From NCBI GenBank assembly GCA_964252075.1, contig CAXULY010000028.1, positions 9,366 to 73,365 of the forward strand: a stretch of 64,000 nucleotides of DNA, written 5' to 3'. Below, piece after piece: positions 21,022 through 34,355 of this stretch. This DNA is from an uncultured Deinococcaceae bacterium (lineage in GTDB: Bacteria > Deinococcota > Deinococci > Deinococcales > Deinococcaceae). A program made the position numbers and the translations under genes. Every line of letters starts with the position of its first letter. Positions within the stretch are counted from its first letter, which is position 1. Under the pieces are notes generated by a model. The model had not been told where the DNA came from, made no database searches, and worked only from the letters and a program-made list of their open reading frames with translations.

Positions 21022-22353
21022 ATGCGCCCTGCCGCCCTCGCCCTGACCGCCCTGCTGGGCGCCGCCAGCGCCCAGACCCTGATTCCCCTCGACTCCCGGC
21101 CCGCCACCAGCACCCTGCCCGCCCTGATCGCCGGGGTGGGGGGGCGCACCGTGGAGGTGCCGCCTGCCGAACTGCTCGGCAACGCCCAGGTGGGCGCAGA
21201 CCCACAGAAGCTCACGGACTGGCTGAACGCGCAGCCCGTGAATGGGCCCCTCATCGTGTCGCTGGACGCGCTCGGCTACGGCGGCCTCGTGCAGTCGCGC
21301 ACCAGCACCCTCCCGGCGGATCAGGTGCTGGCGCGCCTGCAGCCCGTGCGGGACTGGCAGGCGCGCACGGGGCAGCCCGTGTACGCCTTCATTGTGCTGC
21401 CGCGCGAGCCGGACGCCACGAACCGGGAGCGCAACTACGCGGTCGCGCAGACCATGCTGCAGTGGGCGCGCGACGGTGTGTTCAAGGAGCTGGACGTCAC
21501 GTGGGACGACGCGCTGCCCGGCAGCCCCAGCCCCGCCGAGGGCGCGCAGCTCGCGAAGGAAGCGCCCGCGAACGTGCGCGTGCTGCCCGGCGCGGACGAG
21601 GTGCTCGCCATGCTGGTCGCGCGGGCGCTGGCGCCCGAACCCCGCATGCTGGCCGTGGAGTACAGCGACCCGAAGGCCGCGCAGGCCGTCATCCGGTACG
21701 AGGGCATCCCGCTCACGGAGAGCGTGCAGGGCCACGCGGAGGCGAGCGGCTTCACGGTGGTGCCCACCGTGCCGGACCCCATCCTCACGCCCTTCGGCGG
21801 TACGGGCGCGCGCCCCGAGGGGAGCGCGGACATGACGCTGTACGTGTACAACGGCGGGAACCCGCGCGCGGCGGCGCTGCGCGTGAGTCAGCTGCTGCGC
21901 CGTGGGCCGCTCGCGGTGGCGGACATTGCGCAGGTGAACCAGGGGAACGTCCGCACGTGGACGGACCTGTACACCCTGCAGCGCCCGCAGGACCTCGCGA
22001 GCCTCGCCGCGTGGGGCACGCCCGGCAACAACCTCGGCACGGTCCTCGCGCACGCCAAGATGCTGCTCGCGGGCGGCCAGCCGGAGCAGCAGCAGGACCT
22101 CATCGCGTACGAGTACGCGAACGACGTGGTGTACAGCGCCGAGGTGCGCCCCGCGCTGCGCAAGCTCGTGCCGGAGAAGGACCTGAACACCCCGCAGGCG
22201 CAGGAGGCGCTGTTCACACTCGCGAAGCAGTTCTTCCCCCTGCACCTGGGCAGCACCTACGACCTCGCGGACGCGTCCCTGCCGTGGGGCCGCAGCTTCG
22301 AGTGGCGCTTCGACCTGCAGGAGACGGAGGGCGCCAGCACCCAGGGGGAGTGA
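21022..22353 (+). CDS. secreted DUF4127-like protein
   Basis: Signal peptide; [31 protein letters not shown]. Confidence 0.75.
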   Translation: MRPAALALTALLGAASAQTLIPLDSRPATSTLPALIAGVGGRTVEVPPAELLGNAQVGADPQKLTDWLNAQPVNGPLIVSLDALGYGGLVQSRTSTLPADQVLARLQPVRDWQARTGQPVYAFIVLPREPDATNRERNYAVAQTMLQWARDGVFKELDVTWDDALPGSPSPAEGAQLAKEAPANVRVLPGADEVLAMLVARALAPEPRMLAVEYSDPKAAQAVIRYEGIPLTESVQGHAEASGFTVVPTVPDPILTPFGGTGARPEGSADMTLYVYNGGNPRAAALRVSQLLRRGPLAVADIAQVNQGNVRTWTDLYTLQRPQDLASLAAWGTPGNNLGTVLAHAKMLLAGGQPEQQQDLIAYEYANDVVYSAEVRPALRKLVPEKDLNTPQAQEALFTLAKQFFPLHLGSTYDLADASLPWGRSFEWRFDLQETEGASTQGE

Positions 22354-22362
22354 CGGCGGCCC

Positions 22363-23271
22363 TCAGGGCTGCGGGGCTTCCGGGACAGGAGCCGCGTCGG
22401 CCTTCTTGAGACTCAGGGCGAGCGCCGCGCCCACCACCAGCGCGGCGCCCAGCAGCGCCAGCGGCCCCAGGCGCTCCCCGAAGATCAGCGCGGCGAGCGT
22501 CGTGGCGATCATGGGCTCCAGGCTCGCGATGACGCTCGCGCGCGTGGCGGGCAGGTGCCGCAGGCCCGCCGCGTACGCGCTGTACGCGATGAAGGTGCTG
22601 AGCAGCGCCACCAGCAGCAGCAGACCCCACGCCGCCGCGCCCTTGTGGTGGAATGCCGTGAACGGCGCGAGGCCCAGCGCGCCCACCGGGAGCGCCACGC
22701 CCAGCAGTGCGGCGGGCGCGTACCGCGCGAAGAACACCTTGCCGTACAGGTAGTACAGGGCGTACGTGAGGCCCGCCGCGAGGCCCCACCCGAGGGAGGC
22801 GGCGTTCACCCGCACGCCGCTGCCGCCGCCCAGCGAGATCAGCGCGACGCCCGCGAGCGTCACGCCGACCGCCGCGAACTCCCGCGCGCCCACCCGCTCG
22901 CTGCGTGTGAGGAGGGCACTCAGCGTCACGAAGGCCGGCGCGGTGTACAGCAGCACCGACGCGAGGCTCGCGCCGCCCGCCTGCACCGCCAGCTGGTACG
23001 CGCCGTAAAAGACGCTCACGCCCGCCAGCCCGAACAGCGCCGTGATGAGCAGGTCCCGCCCGCGTGGCAGGGCCGCGCGCGTCAGGGCGGCGTGCGCCGC
23101 GAAGCACGCGCCGCCCAGCACCGCCCGCCAGAACGCCACCTCCAGCGGCACCAGACCCAGCTGCGCCGCGAGCTTCCCGAAGATGCCCAGCAGGCCCCAC
23201 AGCGCCGCCGCGAGCAGCACCAGCAGCGCCGCGCGCCACGCTGGGGAACTGGCGTTCAGCGCTTGCGCCAC
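22363..23271 (-). CDS. DMT/EamA family transporter
   Basis: About 10 TM helices, LLYTAP, ASLEP, FGERL. Confidence 0.9.
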   Translation of the reverse strand: MAQALNASSPAWRAALLVLLAAALWGLLGIFGKLAAQLGLVPLEVAFWRAVLGGACFAAHAALTRAALPRGRDLLITALFGLAGVSVFYGAYQLAVQAGGASLASVLLYTAPAFVTLSALLTRSERVGAREFAAVGVTLAGVALISLGGGSGVRVNAASLGWGLAAGLTYALYYLYGKVFFARYAPAALLGVALPVGALGLAPFTAFHHKGAAAWGLLLLVALLSTFIAYSAYAAGLRHLPATRASVIASLEPMIATTLAALIFGERLGPLALLGAALVVGAALALSLKKADAAPVPEAPQP

Positions 23272-23999
23272 GTGAAGAAACTGGCCATGAGGGCGATGAA
23301 CAGGCCGGCCCCCGCTGCCGCGAGCAGCGCCACCGAGCGGCGGTCGCGCACCTCACCGACCGGCGCGAGCACGCGCGTTGCGTAGGCCTGCGCCTGCTCG
23401 CCGCTGCCGATCAGGTCCACCACGGGTGGCGCTTCCGGCAGGCGGGCGCCCAGGGACGCCGGCCCGCCCTGCGCGCCCGGCCTGAGGAGGCCATCCGCCG
23501 TGAACGGCGAGAACACGCTGCTGGTCACCCAGTAGCTGTACCGCCCGGACTTCAGCGGCGTGTCCAGCACCAGGGACGTGCCGGACACCCGCACCGGGAG
23601 GGGCTCGCTGCGGCGCCGCGCGGTCTTCTGGCCGTCCGGCACGCTCCACCACTCGCTGCGCAGGCCATCCACCCGGAAGTGGTACTGCCAGCCGTCGCCC
23701 GCCGGGGTGGAAAAGCCCGTGTCGTCCAGCACCTGCCGCCCACCGATCTGGGTTTTCACGAACACGTTCAGGATCGGGCCGGAGAACCCCAGTGGGGCGC
23801 TCCAGGGGTTCTCCAGCGCGCCGAGCGTCACCGTGAGGCGCAGGCGGCCATTCACGTCGTCCGCGCGCAGCTCGCGCAGGTCGTACGTGGCGGGCGTGCT
23901 CTTCAGGCCGCTGGGGAGGCTGTAACTGCCGTTGCCGCGCGCGTCGCCACTGGCGTCAGGCTGGGCGAGCAGCAGGGCGGCGGCCAGGAGGGAGAACAC
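23256..23999 (-). CDS. glucodextranase DOMON-like domain protein with C-terminal membrane anchor
   Basis: Signal peptide; [26 protein letters not shown]-terminal TM helix then RKR. Confidence 0.75.
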   Translation of the reverse strand: MFSLLAAALLLAQPDASGDARGNGSYSLPSGLKSTPATYDLRELRADDVNGRLRLTVTLGALENPWSAPLGFSGPILNVFVKTQIGGRQVLDDTGFSTPAGDGWQYHFRVDGLRSEWWSVPDGQKTARRRSEPLPVRVSGTSLVLDTPLKSGRYSYWVTSSVFSPFTADGLLRPGAQGGPASLGARLPEAPPVVDLIGSGEQAQAYATRVLAPVGEVRDRRSVALLAAAGAGLFIALMASFFTWRKR

Positions 24000-24029
24000 G
24001 GCGAGCAGTATAGAGCCCTGGCCCCACCC

Positions 24030-25385
24030 TCACCTCAGCAGCGCGATGAGCGCCACCGCGAGCGCGCGCGGGTCGTGCTGCGCGGTGCCCTCGTGCAGCA
24101 TCGCGGCGTAGCGCAGGCGCTGGCGCAGGCCCACGCTCACGCGCTGGCCTGCCAGCAGCTTCGCGCCCTCCGCCGCGTAGCGGTCCCGCACTGCAACGGG
24201 CACGGGCGAGCTGTTCACCAGCACCCAGTCCGGGCTGCGCCCCACGTGCTGCGTGAGCAGGCGCTCGTGGTCCTCCAGGCTCAGGTCGTCCGTCTCGCCG
24301 GGCTCCGTCATGACGTTCGCGACGTACACGAGGGGCGCCTTGCTCTCGCGGATGGCCGCCGCGACGCCCGGCACCATCACCGCCGGAATCAGGCTGGTCA
24401 GCAGGCTGCCCGGCCCGATCACGATGAGTTCCGCGTCCACGATCGCCTGCGTCACCTGCGGCAGGGTGCTCACGTCCGGCGGCTCCAGGCTCATGCGGAC
24501 CACCTTGCGCCCGGCGCGCTCCACGTGCAGCTGGCTCTCGCCGCGCACCACGTCCCCGTCCTGCAGCTCCGCGACGAGCGTGGCGGGGTCGGTGGTGGCG
24601 GGGAACACCTGCCCGCGCACGTTCAGGACGCTGTGAATCTCGCTCATGGCGCCCGCGAGGCCGCCCTGCTCTTCAGACAGCGTGGCGAGCAGCAGGTTCC
24701 CGAAGGTGTGCCCCTCGATGCCGTCGCCGCGCGTGAAGCGGTGCAGCAGCAGCCGCGCCAGCACCGGCGAGTCACTCAGCGCCGCGTAGCAGTCCACGAG
24801 GTCGCCCGGCGCGATCATGTCGAGCGTGGCGCGCAGGCGCCCGGAGCTGCCGCCGTCATCGGTGGCGGCCACCACTGCCGTGATGTTGCTGGAGAACACC
24901 TTCAGGCCCGCCAGCAGGTTCGAGAGGCCGGTACCGCCCCCCAGGGCCACGAGGTGCGGCCCGCGCGACAGGGTGCGGCGCGAGTAGATCATCTCGACGG
25001 CGGACTCCGGCGCGGTGCCCGTCGCGGTGAGCAGCGTGCGGTTCAGCATCAGGACGCTCGTCACGGCGCCCGCCAGGGCCAGCACCATCACCACGGCGCC
25101 CACCACCCACAGGGGCAGCACCTCGGGCTTCGTGAGGGCGTTCAGCCACAGGATCCAGCGGGTCGCGGTGAAGTGCAGTGGCCCCGTCCACGTGAAGTGC
25201 AGGAAACCCAGCGCCAGCAGCAGCACGCACACGATCAGCAGCGAGAACCAGCGCTTGACGCCCATGCCGGGCGCCATCCACTTCGCGGCGCGCTGCGTGC
25301 GCGGCGACGCGCGGTCCGTGAAGCGCTCGAAGGCGGCGCTGGTGCTGGACTGTGCGCGCGACCGGACCTGTCTGCTCACCCTCAC
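24030..25385 (-). CDS. yvcK: YvcK/GlmR family UDP-GlcNAc-binding protein with N-terminal TM helices
   Basis: [42 protein letters not shown]. Confidence 0.92.
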   Translation of the reverse strand: MRVSRQVRSRAQSSTSAAFERFTDRASPRTQRAAKWMAPGMGVKRWFSLLIVCVLLLALGFLHFTWTGPLHFTATRWILWLNALTKPEVLPLWVVGAVVMVLALAGAVTSVLMLNRTLLTATGTAPESAVEMIYSRRTLSRGPHLVALGGGTGLSNLLAGLKVFSSNITAVVAATDDGGSSGRLRATLDMIAPGDLVDCYAALSDSPVLARLLLHRFTRGDGIEGHTFGNLLLATLSEEQGGLAGAMSEIHSVLNVRGQVFPATTDPATLVAELQDGDVVRGESQLHVERAGRKVVRMSLEPPDVSTLPQVTQAIVDAELIVIGPGSLLTSLIPAVMVPGVAAAIRESKAPLVYVANVMTEPGETDDLSLEDHERLLTQHVGRSPDWVLVNSSPVPVAVRDRYAAEGAKLLAGQRVSVGLRQRLRYAAMLHEGTAQHDPRALAVALIALLR

Positions 25386-26215
25386 CCCTCACCCTTCCGC
25401 ACGTCCCGGTGGTCCACCACGTGGGCCCCCAGGTCCGTCAATTCACGCGCCAGGCGCTCCGCCACCGCCACGCTGCGGTGCTGTCCCCCCGTACAACCGA
25501 TGGCGACATTGTAACTCCGCCGACGCTGCGCGCGCGCCCGCTGCGCGCTCTCCCGCACGAACGCCGCGAGGGACTGGTAGTACCCGTCGCCCTCCGAGAA
25601 CACGTACGCCGCCACCTGTGGGTCCAGGCCCGTGAGGGGCGAGAGGCGCGGCTCGTAGTACGGGTTCGGGAGGCTCCGCACGTCCAGCACGAGGTCCGCG
25701 TCGCGCGGCGGGGCGTGCTTGAACCCGAAGGACATGAGCCGCAGGTCGAAGCCGTGCTCCGCCCCCGCGAAGGCCAGGGCGCGCGACACCAGCTCCGCCG
25801 TCGTGAGGCCGCCCGTGTCCACCACCACGTCCGCGAGCGCGCGCAGGCTCGCGAGGAGTTCCCGCTCGCGCTGGAAGTCCAGCATCAGGCTCCCTTCGGA
25901 CAGCGGGTGGCCGCGCCGCGTCATGTTGTAGCGTCGCAGCAGCACCTCGTCCTCCGCTTCCAGGAACAGCAGGCGCACCCCGTCCTTGCGCGAGAGGCGC
26001 GCCCACGCCTGATCCACCGCCGTGAGGAACGCGCGCGTGCGGCTGTCCGTGCTGACCGCCACGCGCGTGAGGCCCGCCGACTGCGCGAGGTCGTACTGCG
26101 CGCTCCACAGTTCGGGCGCGAGGTTGTCCGTCACGAAGAACCCCGCGTCCTCCAGCGCCCGCAGGCTTGTGTTCTTGCCCGCGCCGGACAGACCCGAGAC
26201 CACCAGAAACTGCAT
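25382..26215 (-). CDS. rapZ: RNase adapter RapZ/YvcJ
   Basis: [32 protein letters not shown]. Confidence 0.95.
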   Translation of the reverse strand: MQFLVVSGLSGAGKNTSLRALEDAGFFVTDNLAPELWSAQYDLAQSAGLTRVAVSTDSRTRAFLTAVDQAWARLSRKDGVRLLFLEAEDEVLLRRYNMTRRGHPLSEGSLMLDFQRERELLASLRALADVVVDTGGLTTAELVSRALAFAGAEHGFDLRLMSFGFKHAPPRDADLVLDVRSLPNPYYEPRLSPLTGLDPQVAAYVFSEGDGYYQSLAAFVRESAQRARAQRRRSYNVAIGCTGGQHRSVAVAERLARELTDLGAHVVDHRDVRKGEG

Positions 26216-26331
26216 GCGCAGAGTCTAGCGGAGGTGCGCCGGTCATCCATGACCGCCCCCTCCGCCAGCAAGCCTGCGGGCCCGGTTGCTGGTGGCGGGC
26301 GCCTGTCGCGTCGTGGACGTGATGCAGGAAA

Positions 26332-26359
26332 GAGGGGCAGATCAAGCGATCTGCCCCTC
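26332..26359 (-). terminator. terminator after ndh
   Basis: GAGGGGCAGATC-aagc-GATCTGCCCCTC with TTT following on the minus strand. Confidence 0.8.
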
Positions 26360-26376
26360 CCGTGCGCGCGCTCAGC

Positions 26377-27516
26377 TCAGCTGATGCTGCTGCGCCAGCG
26401 CCACTCGGACGCGCGCTTCATGACGTGCGCGAGGCCGCCCGTCATGGCGAGCTTCTGGTTCCAGGGGAGTTTCATCCAGCCGACCGCCATCAGGCCGCCG
26501 AGGCTCACGAACTCACCGAGGGTGCTGGGCTCGTAGGGCTCCAGTTCCTCGCCGCGCGCGAGGCGCATGAGGTTCTGCCCGGTGAGGCGGCCCTGCTGCC
26601 CGGCGTGCTGCGCGGTGGTGGGGACCGGCTTGCCCTCCTGGTTGAGCGCCAGGGACATGTCGCCGATCACGAAGACCTCCGGGTACTGCGGGACGCGCAG
26701 GTACTTGTCCACCACGATGCGCCCGGCGGGGCCCTTCTCGAGCTTCTCGGCCTTCACGATGTCCTGCGCCTGGATGCCGCCCGTCCAGATAATCTTCCCG
26801 GCGGGCAATTCCTTGGTCTGGCCGTCGGCGGTCTGCACCGTCACGCCGTTCTCGCCGGCCTGCATGAGGCGGTGGCCCACCAGGATGTGAATGCCGTACT
26901 CCTCCAGGGTCTGCTGGGCCTTGCGGCGCAGGTTCTCGTCGAGCACGGGCAGGATCTTGGGTCCGGCCTCCACGAGGTAGATCTGGAATTTCGGCAGGCC
27001 GCGCTCCTGGCTGAGGATCTCGTTGCGCTGCGCGAGTTCCGTCACGAGCTCCACGCCGGTGAGGCCCGCGCCGCCCACGACGATGTCGCGGTTGCCCTCG
27101 TAGCTGGTGTCGTAGGCGCGGTGCACGTAATTGAAGATGGCGTCCGCGTCCTTGAGGTCCTTCAGCTCGGTGGCGTACTCGGCGAGGCCGGGGATGCGGT
27201 AGAAGTTCGTGACGCTGCCCAGACCGATCACGAGGGTGTCGTAGCTGAGCGTCCGGCCGTCCTTGGTGGTGACCTGCTTGGCGTCCAGGTCCACGCCCGC
27301 GATGCGGGCTAGGTCGAGGTGCACACCGGTGCCCTTGAGGAGCGGCGCGAGCGGCAGGGTCACCTTGGTGTTGTGCGCGGCGGCCTCGTGCAGGCGCGTC
27401 TCGAAGACGTGGTAGGGGTTCTGTTCCACCAGGGACACGTCCAGCCCGGGGGTGGGCTTGATTTTGGTGGCGGTGGCGAGTCCGGCGTATCCGGCTCCAA
27501 GGATCAGGGTCTTCAT
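26377..27516 (-). CDS. ndh: type II NADH dehydrogenase family FAD oxidoreductase
   Basis: LGAGYAG, VGGAGLTGVE, WTGG, FVIGD, TAQHAGQQG; AGGAG RBS. Confidence 0.88.
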   Translation of the reverse strand: MKTLILGAGYAGLATATKIKPTPGLDVSLVEQNPYHVFETRLHEAAAHNTKVTLPLAPLLKGTGVHLDLARIAGVDLDAKQVTTKDGRTLSYDTLVIGLGSVTNFYRIPGLAEYATELKDLKDADAIFNYVHRAYDTSYEGNRDIVVGGAGLTGVELVTELAQRNEILSQERGLPKFQIYLVEAGPKILPVLDENLRRKAQQTLEEYGIHILVGHRLMQAGENGVTVQTADGQTKELPAGKIIWTGGIQAQDIVKAEKLEKGPAGRIVVDKYLRVPQYPEVFVIGDMSLALNQEGKPVPTTAQHAGQQGRLTGQNLMRLARGEELEPYEPSTLGEFVSLGGLMAVGWMKLPWNQKLAMTGGLAHVMKRASEWRWRSSIS

Positions 27517-27541
27517 GGCATTGGCTCCTGTGAAGTACTTG

Positions 27542-27559
27542 CTGTGAAACTCTTCACGA
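27542..27559. promoter_or_regulatory. Rex-type (or CRP-type) operator in the ndh leader
   Basis: cTGTGAA-ACTC-TTCACGa compared with Rex consensus TTGTGAA-N4-TTCACAA; minus-strand -10 TACACT at 27624-27619. Confidence 0.6.
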
Positions 27560-27816
27560 GTTACGCCGCGTGGCGGCCTGCTGCGTGACCGGGTGCCGCT
27601 GTGGCTCCCTTTGACAACAGTGTACACCTTACACCAAGTCGGCGATGTGAACGCCGCCCTGCATTCAGGCCGCCTGAATTGTGAATGCCCAAGTGTAGCA
27701 CCCCAGCCCACCCGCACCACACGCGCCCGGAAAACCACCACCTGGTGCCCGTCCGCACCGCACCCCACCACCCAGCCCACACCGCAGGACCGTCACTCGC
27801 GGCGCCCGGCGCCCCT

Positions 27817-29334
27817 TCAGACTTCCTTTCGCAAGCGCCAGAACACGAACACCACCAGCAGCCCCCCCAGCAGGCCCAGCGCGCCCCACCACGCCCCGCG
27901 CGGCAACCCTGCCGCCGCCACCGCGAGGCATGCCACCAGCCCCAGCCGCCCCACCCCGGACAGCAGGTCCCCACCCGACCGGCCACCACGGAACACGTCC
28001 GCGCGCCGCACCAGCATGGGGCGCCACAGGTAGATCAGGGCGGTGCCCGACGTCGCCACCAGCGTGCACAGGGCGTACCACGGCCACGCCGTCACCCCAT
28101 GCGTCGCCAGCCACACCTCCACGAGCGCCATCAGCACCCACACCGGCAGCACCGCCGCGAACAGCTTCGCCCAGCGCAGGCGGTCCAGGCCCAGCGGCGC
28201 GAGGCGCAGCAGGTCCGGCGCGTCCTCGGCGTTCAGTGTGAGGTTCGCGAGCGCGCCCGCCAGCGACCCCGCCAGCAGCACCCCACCCGAACCGTACAGC
28301 AGGTGCCCCTGCCCCTGCGTGTTGCGGCCCACCACCACCACCAGCGGAATCAGGTACAGCACCTGCAGCAGCACCCGCGACAGCAGCAGCGGATCGCGCC
28401 ACAGCAGCCGCCACTCCTTGAACAGCAGCGCGGGCGCACCCCCCCGAAAGCGCACGTGCCCGCGCACGCCCGCCGCGCGCCGCCCCTCCACGCCCCGCAC
28501 CGCCTGCGCGCCCGCCACGAACGCCCGCTGCAACCCCAGCACCGTCAGCGCGAACACCCCGACGCTCGCCGCGAGGGTCAGCGCGGTGGGCAGCGGCTCC
28601 AGCCACAAGCTGCGCGCGGGGTACAGCAGCGCGGGCAGCCACGGCAGGCCCTGCGCGCCCTGCACCGCCTCCAGCACCCGCTCGTTCACTGCCTGCGTCT
28701 CCTCCGGCCCCAGCAGGTTGCGCAGCTGGAAGGTCAGGAAGAACGCCGCGCCCACCAGCGCCCCAATCACGGACGCCGCCGTCCGCGCGCGCCGCACGCC
28801 CAGCCACCGCACCAGCCCCAGGGTCAGCCACAGGCTCACGCTCGCCGCGAACAGGGCCCCGGACAGCCACCACGGCCACACGCCCAGCAGGTGCCACCCC
28901 AGCAGCGGCGGCCCCAGCAGCCCCAGCGGCACCGCCACGACCGCCACGCTCACCGCCGCACTCAGCGCCACGCCCAGCGCGCGCGACGCGAACACCACCG
29001 CGGGCGAGATGGGCGCGTGCAGCAGCAGGTCCAAATCCCCCCGCTCGAACAACGCTTCCAGCGCCGACGCCACGCCCGCCGACGTCATCAGGCCCAGCGC
29101 CAGCACGCTCAGCGCCCCCGCCGCCAGCAGGTACGGCCCGCGCAGCGTCGTGAGGCCCGGCAACTGCGCGCGCACCGACAGCAGAAGGCTCCCCAGACCC
29201 AGCAGCGCCAGCACCCCCAGCACCACGAACACCACCAGCCGCCGGTTGCGGTTGCGCCCCACCAGCGTCTGCCACGTGAGGCGCACGCTGAAGCGCAGCA
29301 GCCACAGCAGGCTGCCCGGCCGCAGCGTGGTCAC
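27817..29334 (-). CDS. putative ABC exporter membrane subunit
   Basis: Very hydrophobic; DLDLLLHAP and KEWRLLWRDP motifs; overlaps the ATPase gene. Confidence 0.8.
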   Translation of the reverse strand: MTTLRPGSLLWLLRFSVRLTWQTLVGRNRNRRLVVFVVLGVLALLGLGSLLLSVRAQLPGLTTLRGPYLLAAGALSVLALGLMTSAGVASALEALFERGDLDLLLHAPISPAVVFASRALGVALSAAVSVAVVAVPLGLLGPPLLGWHLLGVWPWWLSGALFAASVSLWLTLGLVRWLGVRRARTAASVIGALVGAAFFLTFQLRNLLGPEETQAVNERVLEAVQGAQGLPWLPALLYPARSLWLEPLPTALTLAASVGVFALTVLGLQRAFVAGAQAVRGVEGRRAAGVRGHVRFRGGAPALLFKEWRLLWRDPLLLSRVLLQVLYLIPLVVVVGRNTQGQGHLLYGSGGVLLAGSLAGALANLTLNAEDAPDLLRLAPLGLDRLRWAKLFAAVLPVWVLMALVEVWLATHGVTAWPWYALCTLVATSGTALIYLWRPMLVRRADVFRGGRSGGDLLSGVGRLGLVACLAVAAAGLPRGAWWGALGLLGGLLVVFVFWRLRKEV

Positions 29335-30095
29335 GCGCCAGCCTTCTCGGGCTGCGGCGCTTCCGGCGCCGCCGCAATGAGGTCCAGAAAGACCTCCTCC
29401 AGCGTGCCGCCCGCCTCACCGCTGCGCGCGCGCAACTCCTCCAGCGTGCCCTCCGCGATCAGGCGCCCCCCCGCGATGATCCCGATGCGGTCCGCGAGGC
29501 GCTCCGCGACCTCCATGATGTGCGTGGTCAGCACCACCGCCCCGCCCCCCTCTACGAACTCGCGCAGGGCGTCCTTCACGCCGCGCGCCGCCGCCGCATC
29601 CAGGCCCGTGAGCGGCTCGTCAAGCAGCATCAGGCGCGGCTGGTGAATGAGCGCGCCCGCCAGCGCGAGCTTCTGCTTCATGCCGCGCGAGAAGCTCTCC
29701 GTGAGTTCCCCCGCGTGCGGCCACAACTCCAGCCACCGCAGCAGCCGCTCCGCCTCCGGCGCCGCCTGCGCGGCGGGCACGCCCCACAAACCCGCCACGA
29801 ACTCCAGGTACTCACCGGGCCTCAACTTCCCGTACAGCAGCGGGTCGTCCGGCAGGTACGCGAGCAGTTGCTTCGCGGCGCGCGGCGCCGTCACCACACT
29901 GTGCCCAAAAATCCGCACGTCGCCCCCGTCCGGGCGCTCCAGACCCGCCACGCAGCGCAGGGTGGTGGTCTTGCCCGCGCCGTTCGGGCCCAGCAGGGCG
30001 TACAGCTCGCCCGCCCGCACCGTGAGGTTCACGCCGTCCACCGCGGGCGCGCCACCGAAGCGCTTGCGCAGTCCCTCCACCGTCAGGGCGTCCAT
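29331..30095 (-). CDS. ABC transporter ATP-binding protein
   Basis: GPNGAGKTT, FSRGMKQK, LLDEP, LTTH. Confidence 0.93.
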   Translation of the reverse strand: MDALTVEGLRKRFGGAPAVDGVNLTVRAGELYALLGPNGAGKTTTLRCVAGLERPDGGDVRIFGHSVVTAPRAAKQLLAYLPDDPLLYGKLRPGEYLEFVAGLWGVPAAQAAPEAERLLRWLELWPHAGELTESFSRGMKQKLALAGALIHQPRLMLLDEPLTGLDAAAARGVKDALREFVEGGGAVVLTTHIMEVAERLADRIGIIAGGRLIAEGTLEELRARSGEAGGTLEEVFLDLIAAAPEAPQPEKAGA

Positions 30096-30139
30096 ACCCC
30101 CAGGGTACGTGCCCCGGCGCGCCAGGGTTGCCGCGCGCC

Positions 30140-31138
30140 TCAGCGGAGGGTGGACGCGCGCTCGATCAGGCGCGGCTCGAAGCGCCGGCTGCGCGGCGCG
30201 CCCAGAAAGCCCGACAGTCGCCCCAGCAGCAGCTCCGCCGCCGCGCGCCCCATCGCCTCCACCGGCTGGTGCAGCGTCGTGAGGCCCCGGCTGGCCGCCC
30301 ACGGCTGGTCATCGAAGCCAATCACGCGCAGGTCCGCCGGCACGCGCACGCCGCGCGCCTCCGCCTCGTCCAGCAGCGCCATGCCCAGCAGGTCCGCCGA
30401 CGCGAACACCGTGCACGGGAAACTCACCTCGTCCAGCAGCGTGGCCGCCACCCCCCGCGCCGCCTGCAGGTCAAAGGAACTCACCGCCTCACCTGCCAGC
30501 GGCCGCCCCGCCGCCCCGAGCGCCTGCAGGAATCCCTGGCGGCGCTCCTCGAACACCCGCGTCGTGAAGATCTGGTCCAGTTCCGTCTCCACCCAGATGG
30601 CGCGCAGCTCGCCCGGCAGGGTCGCCGCGTACTCCCCCGCGAGGCGCCCACCCATGATGTTGTCCATGTACGCGCAGTCCACGTCGCTGCTGTGGGCGTC
30701 CACCAGCACCGTCGGCTGCGTCCGCGCGAGGCGCGCGCCCTGGAAGAAATTCGTGAGGTTGTACGTCGCCATCACGAGGCCGTCCGCCTGGTACGCCAGT
30801 GTGTGGCTGGACAGGTACCGCTCCAGGCGCGAGCGGTCCAGCAGCGGGAAGATCGCCACGTCATAGCGCGCCTCGTTGAAGGCACTCTCCAGGCCGTCCA
30901 GCAGGCGCAGGTAGAACTCGGTCGTCATGACGGGCAGCAGCACGCTCACGGTGTAGGACTTCCCGCCCGCGATGCGCCTGGCGTGCGGGTTCGGGGTGTA
31001 ATCCAGCTCCGAGATGGCCCGCAGCACCGCGTCGCGGGTGCTGGAGCGCACCGCCGCGTGGTTGTTGAGCACGCGCGACACGGTGCCCACGCCCACGCCG
31101 GCCCGCCGGGCCACGTCCTGAATCGTCGGATTGCGCAT
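30140..31138 (-). CDS. LacI family transcriptional regulator
   Basis: TIQDVARRAGVGVGTVSRVLN, YTPNPHAR, VIGFDD, LTTLHQP. Confidence 0.95.
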   Translation of the reverse strand: MRNPTIQDVARRAGVGVGTVSRVLNNHAAVRSSTRDAVLRAISELDYTPNPHARRIAGGKSYTVSVLLPVMTTEFYLRLLDGLESAFNEARYDVAIFPLLDRSRLERYLSSHTLAYQADGLVMATYNLTNFFQGARLARTQPTVLVDAHSSDVDCAYMDNIMGGRLAGEYAATLPGELRAIWVETELDQIFTTRVFEERRQGFLQALGAAGRPLAGEAVSSFDLQAARGVAATLLDEVSFPCTVFASADLLGMALLDEAEARGVRVPADLRVIGFDDQPWAASRGLTTLHQPVEAMGRAAAELLLGRLSGFLGAPRSRRFEPRLIERASTLR

Positions 31139-31189
31139 TTTGAGCGCAGTGTAGCGCCAGGGCTCGCGCGGTGGGGAGGGGAGAGGCGA

Positions 31190-31475
31190 CGCGAGGCGCA
31201 GAGGGTCAGGCTGTGCCAGGCGTTGATGGCCCGCCGCACCGCCACGTTCCCCTCCACCTCGCGGTCGATGAGGTGGCATCCGAACGGCATGGGTGGGTCG
31301 AGGCCCTTCAGCTCCCGCCCACCTCGTGCCGATTCAGGTGCTCGTGGAGGAACACGCTCAGCAGCCCGTTCGTGATCTGGGCGCGCCGCCGTTGCGCCAG
31401 AAGGGGTTCACCCGCAGCTGCTCGTCCACCATGACGCGCGTGCAGAACAGCCAGCGGCTCAGGTCGAGCCATGAC
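31190..31475 (-). pseudogene. probable frameshifted gene remnant of unknown family
   Basis: Three consecutive GC3-rich segments in different frames: WLDLSRWLFCTRVMVDEQLRVNPFW / RRRAQITNGLLSVFLHEHLNRHEV / RELKGLDPPMPFGCHLIDREVEGNVAVRRAINAW. Confidence 0.4.
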
Positions 31476-31562
31476 AGCGTCTTGGGCAGCTGAGGGCGCC
31501 GCGCTCGAATTCTGGGTTGAGCCCGAGGCGATCGTCCAGGGCGGTTGTCACCTTACCGAATC

Positions 31563-31590
31563 AAAAGGGGGAGGGCGCGTGGCCCTCCCC
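31563..31590 (-). terminator. terminator after valS
   Basis: GGGGAGGGC-cacgc-GCCCTCCCC followed by CTTTT on the minus strand. Confidence 0.85.
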
Positions 31591-31595
31591 TGGAT

Positions 31596-34328
<2,733 letters not shown>

Positions 34329-34355
34329 GCGTGTCCTTGGTGGGTGGAGCGGTGC

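Noticed and set aside
27611..27634. Plus-strand TTGACA as a promoter for an antisense gene
   Set aside because: No -10 at proper spacing and no credible plus-strand ORF; the region is better explained as the minus-strand ndh promoter.
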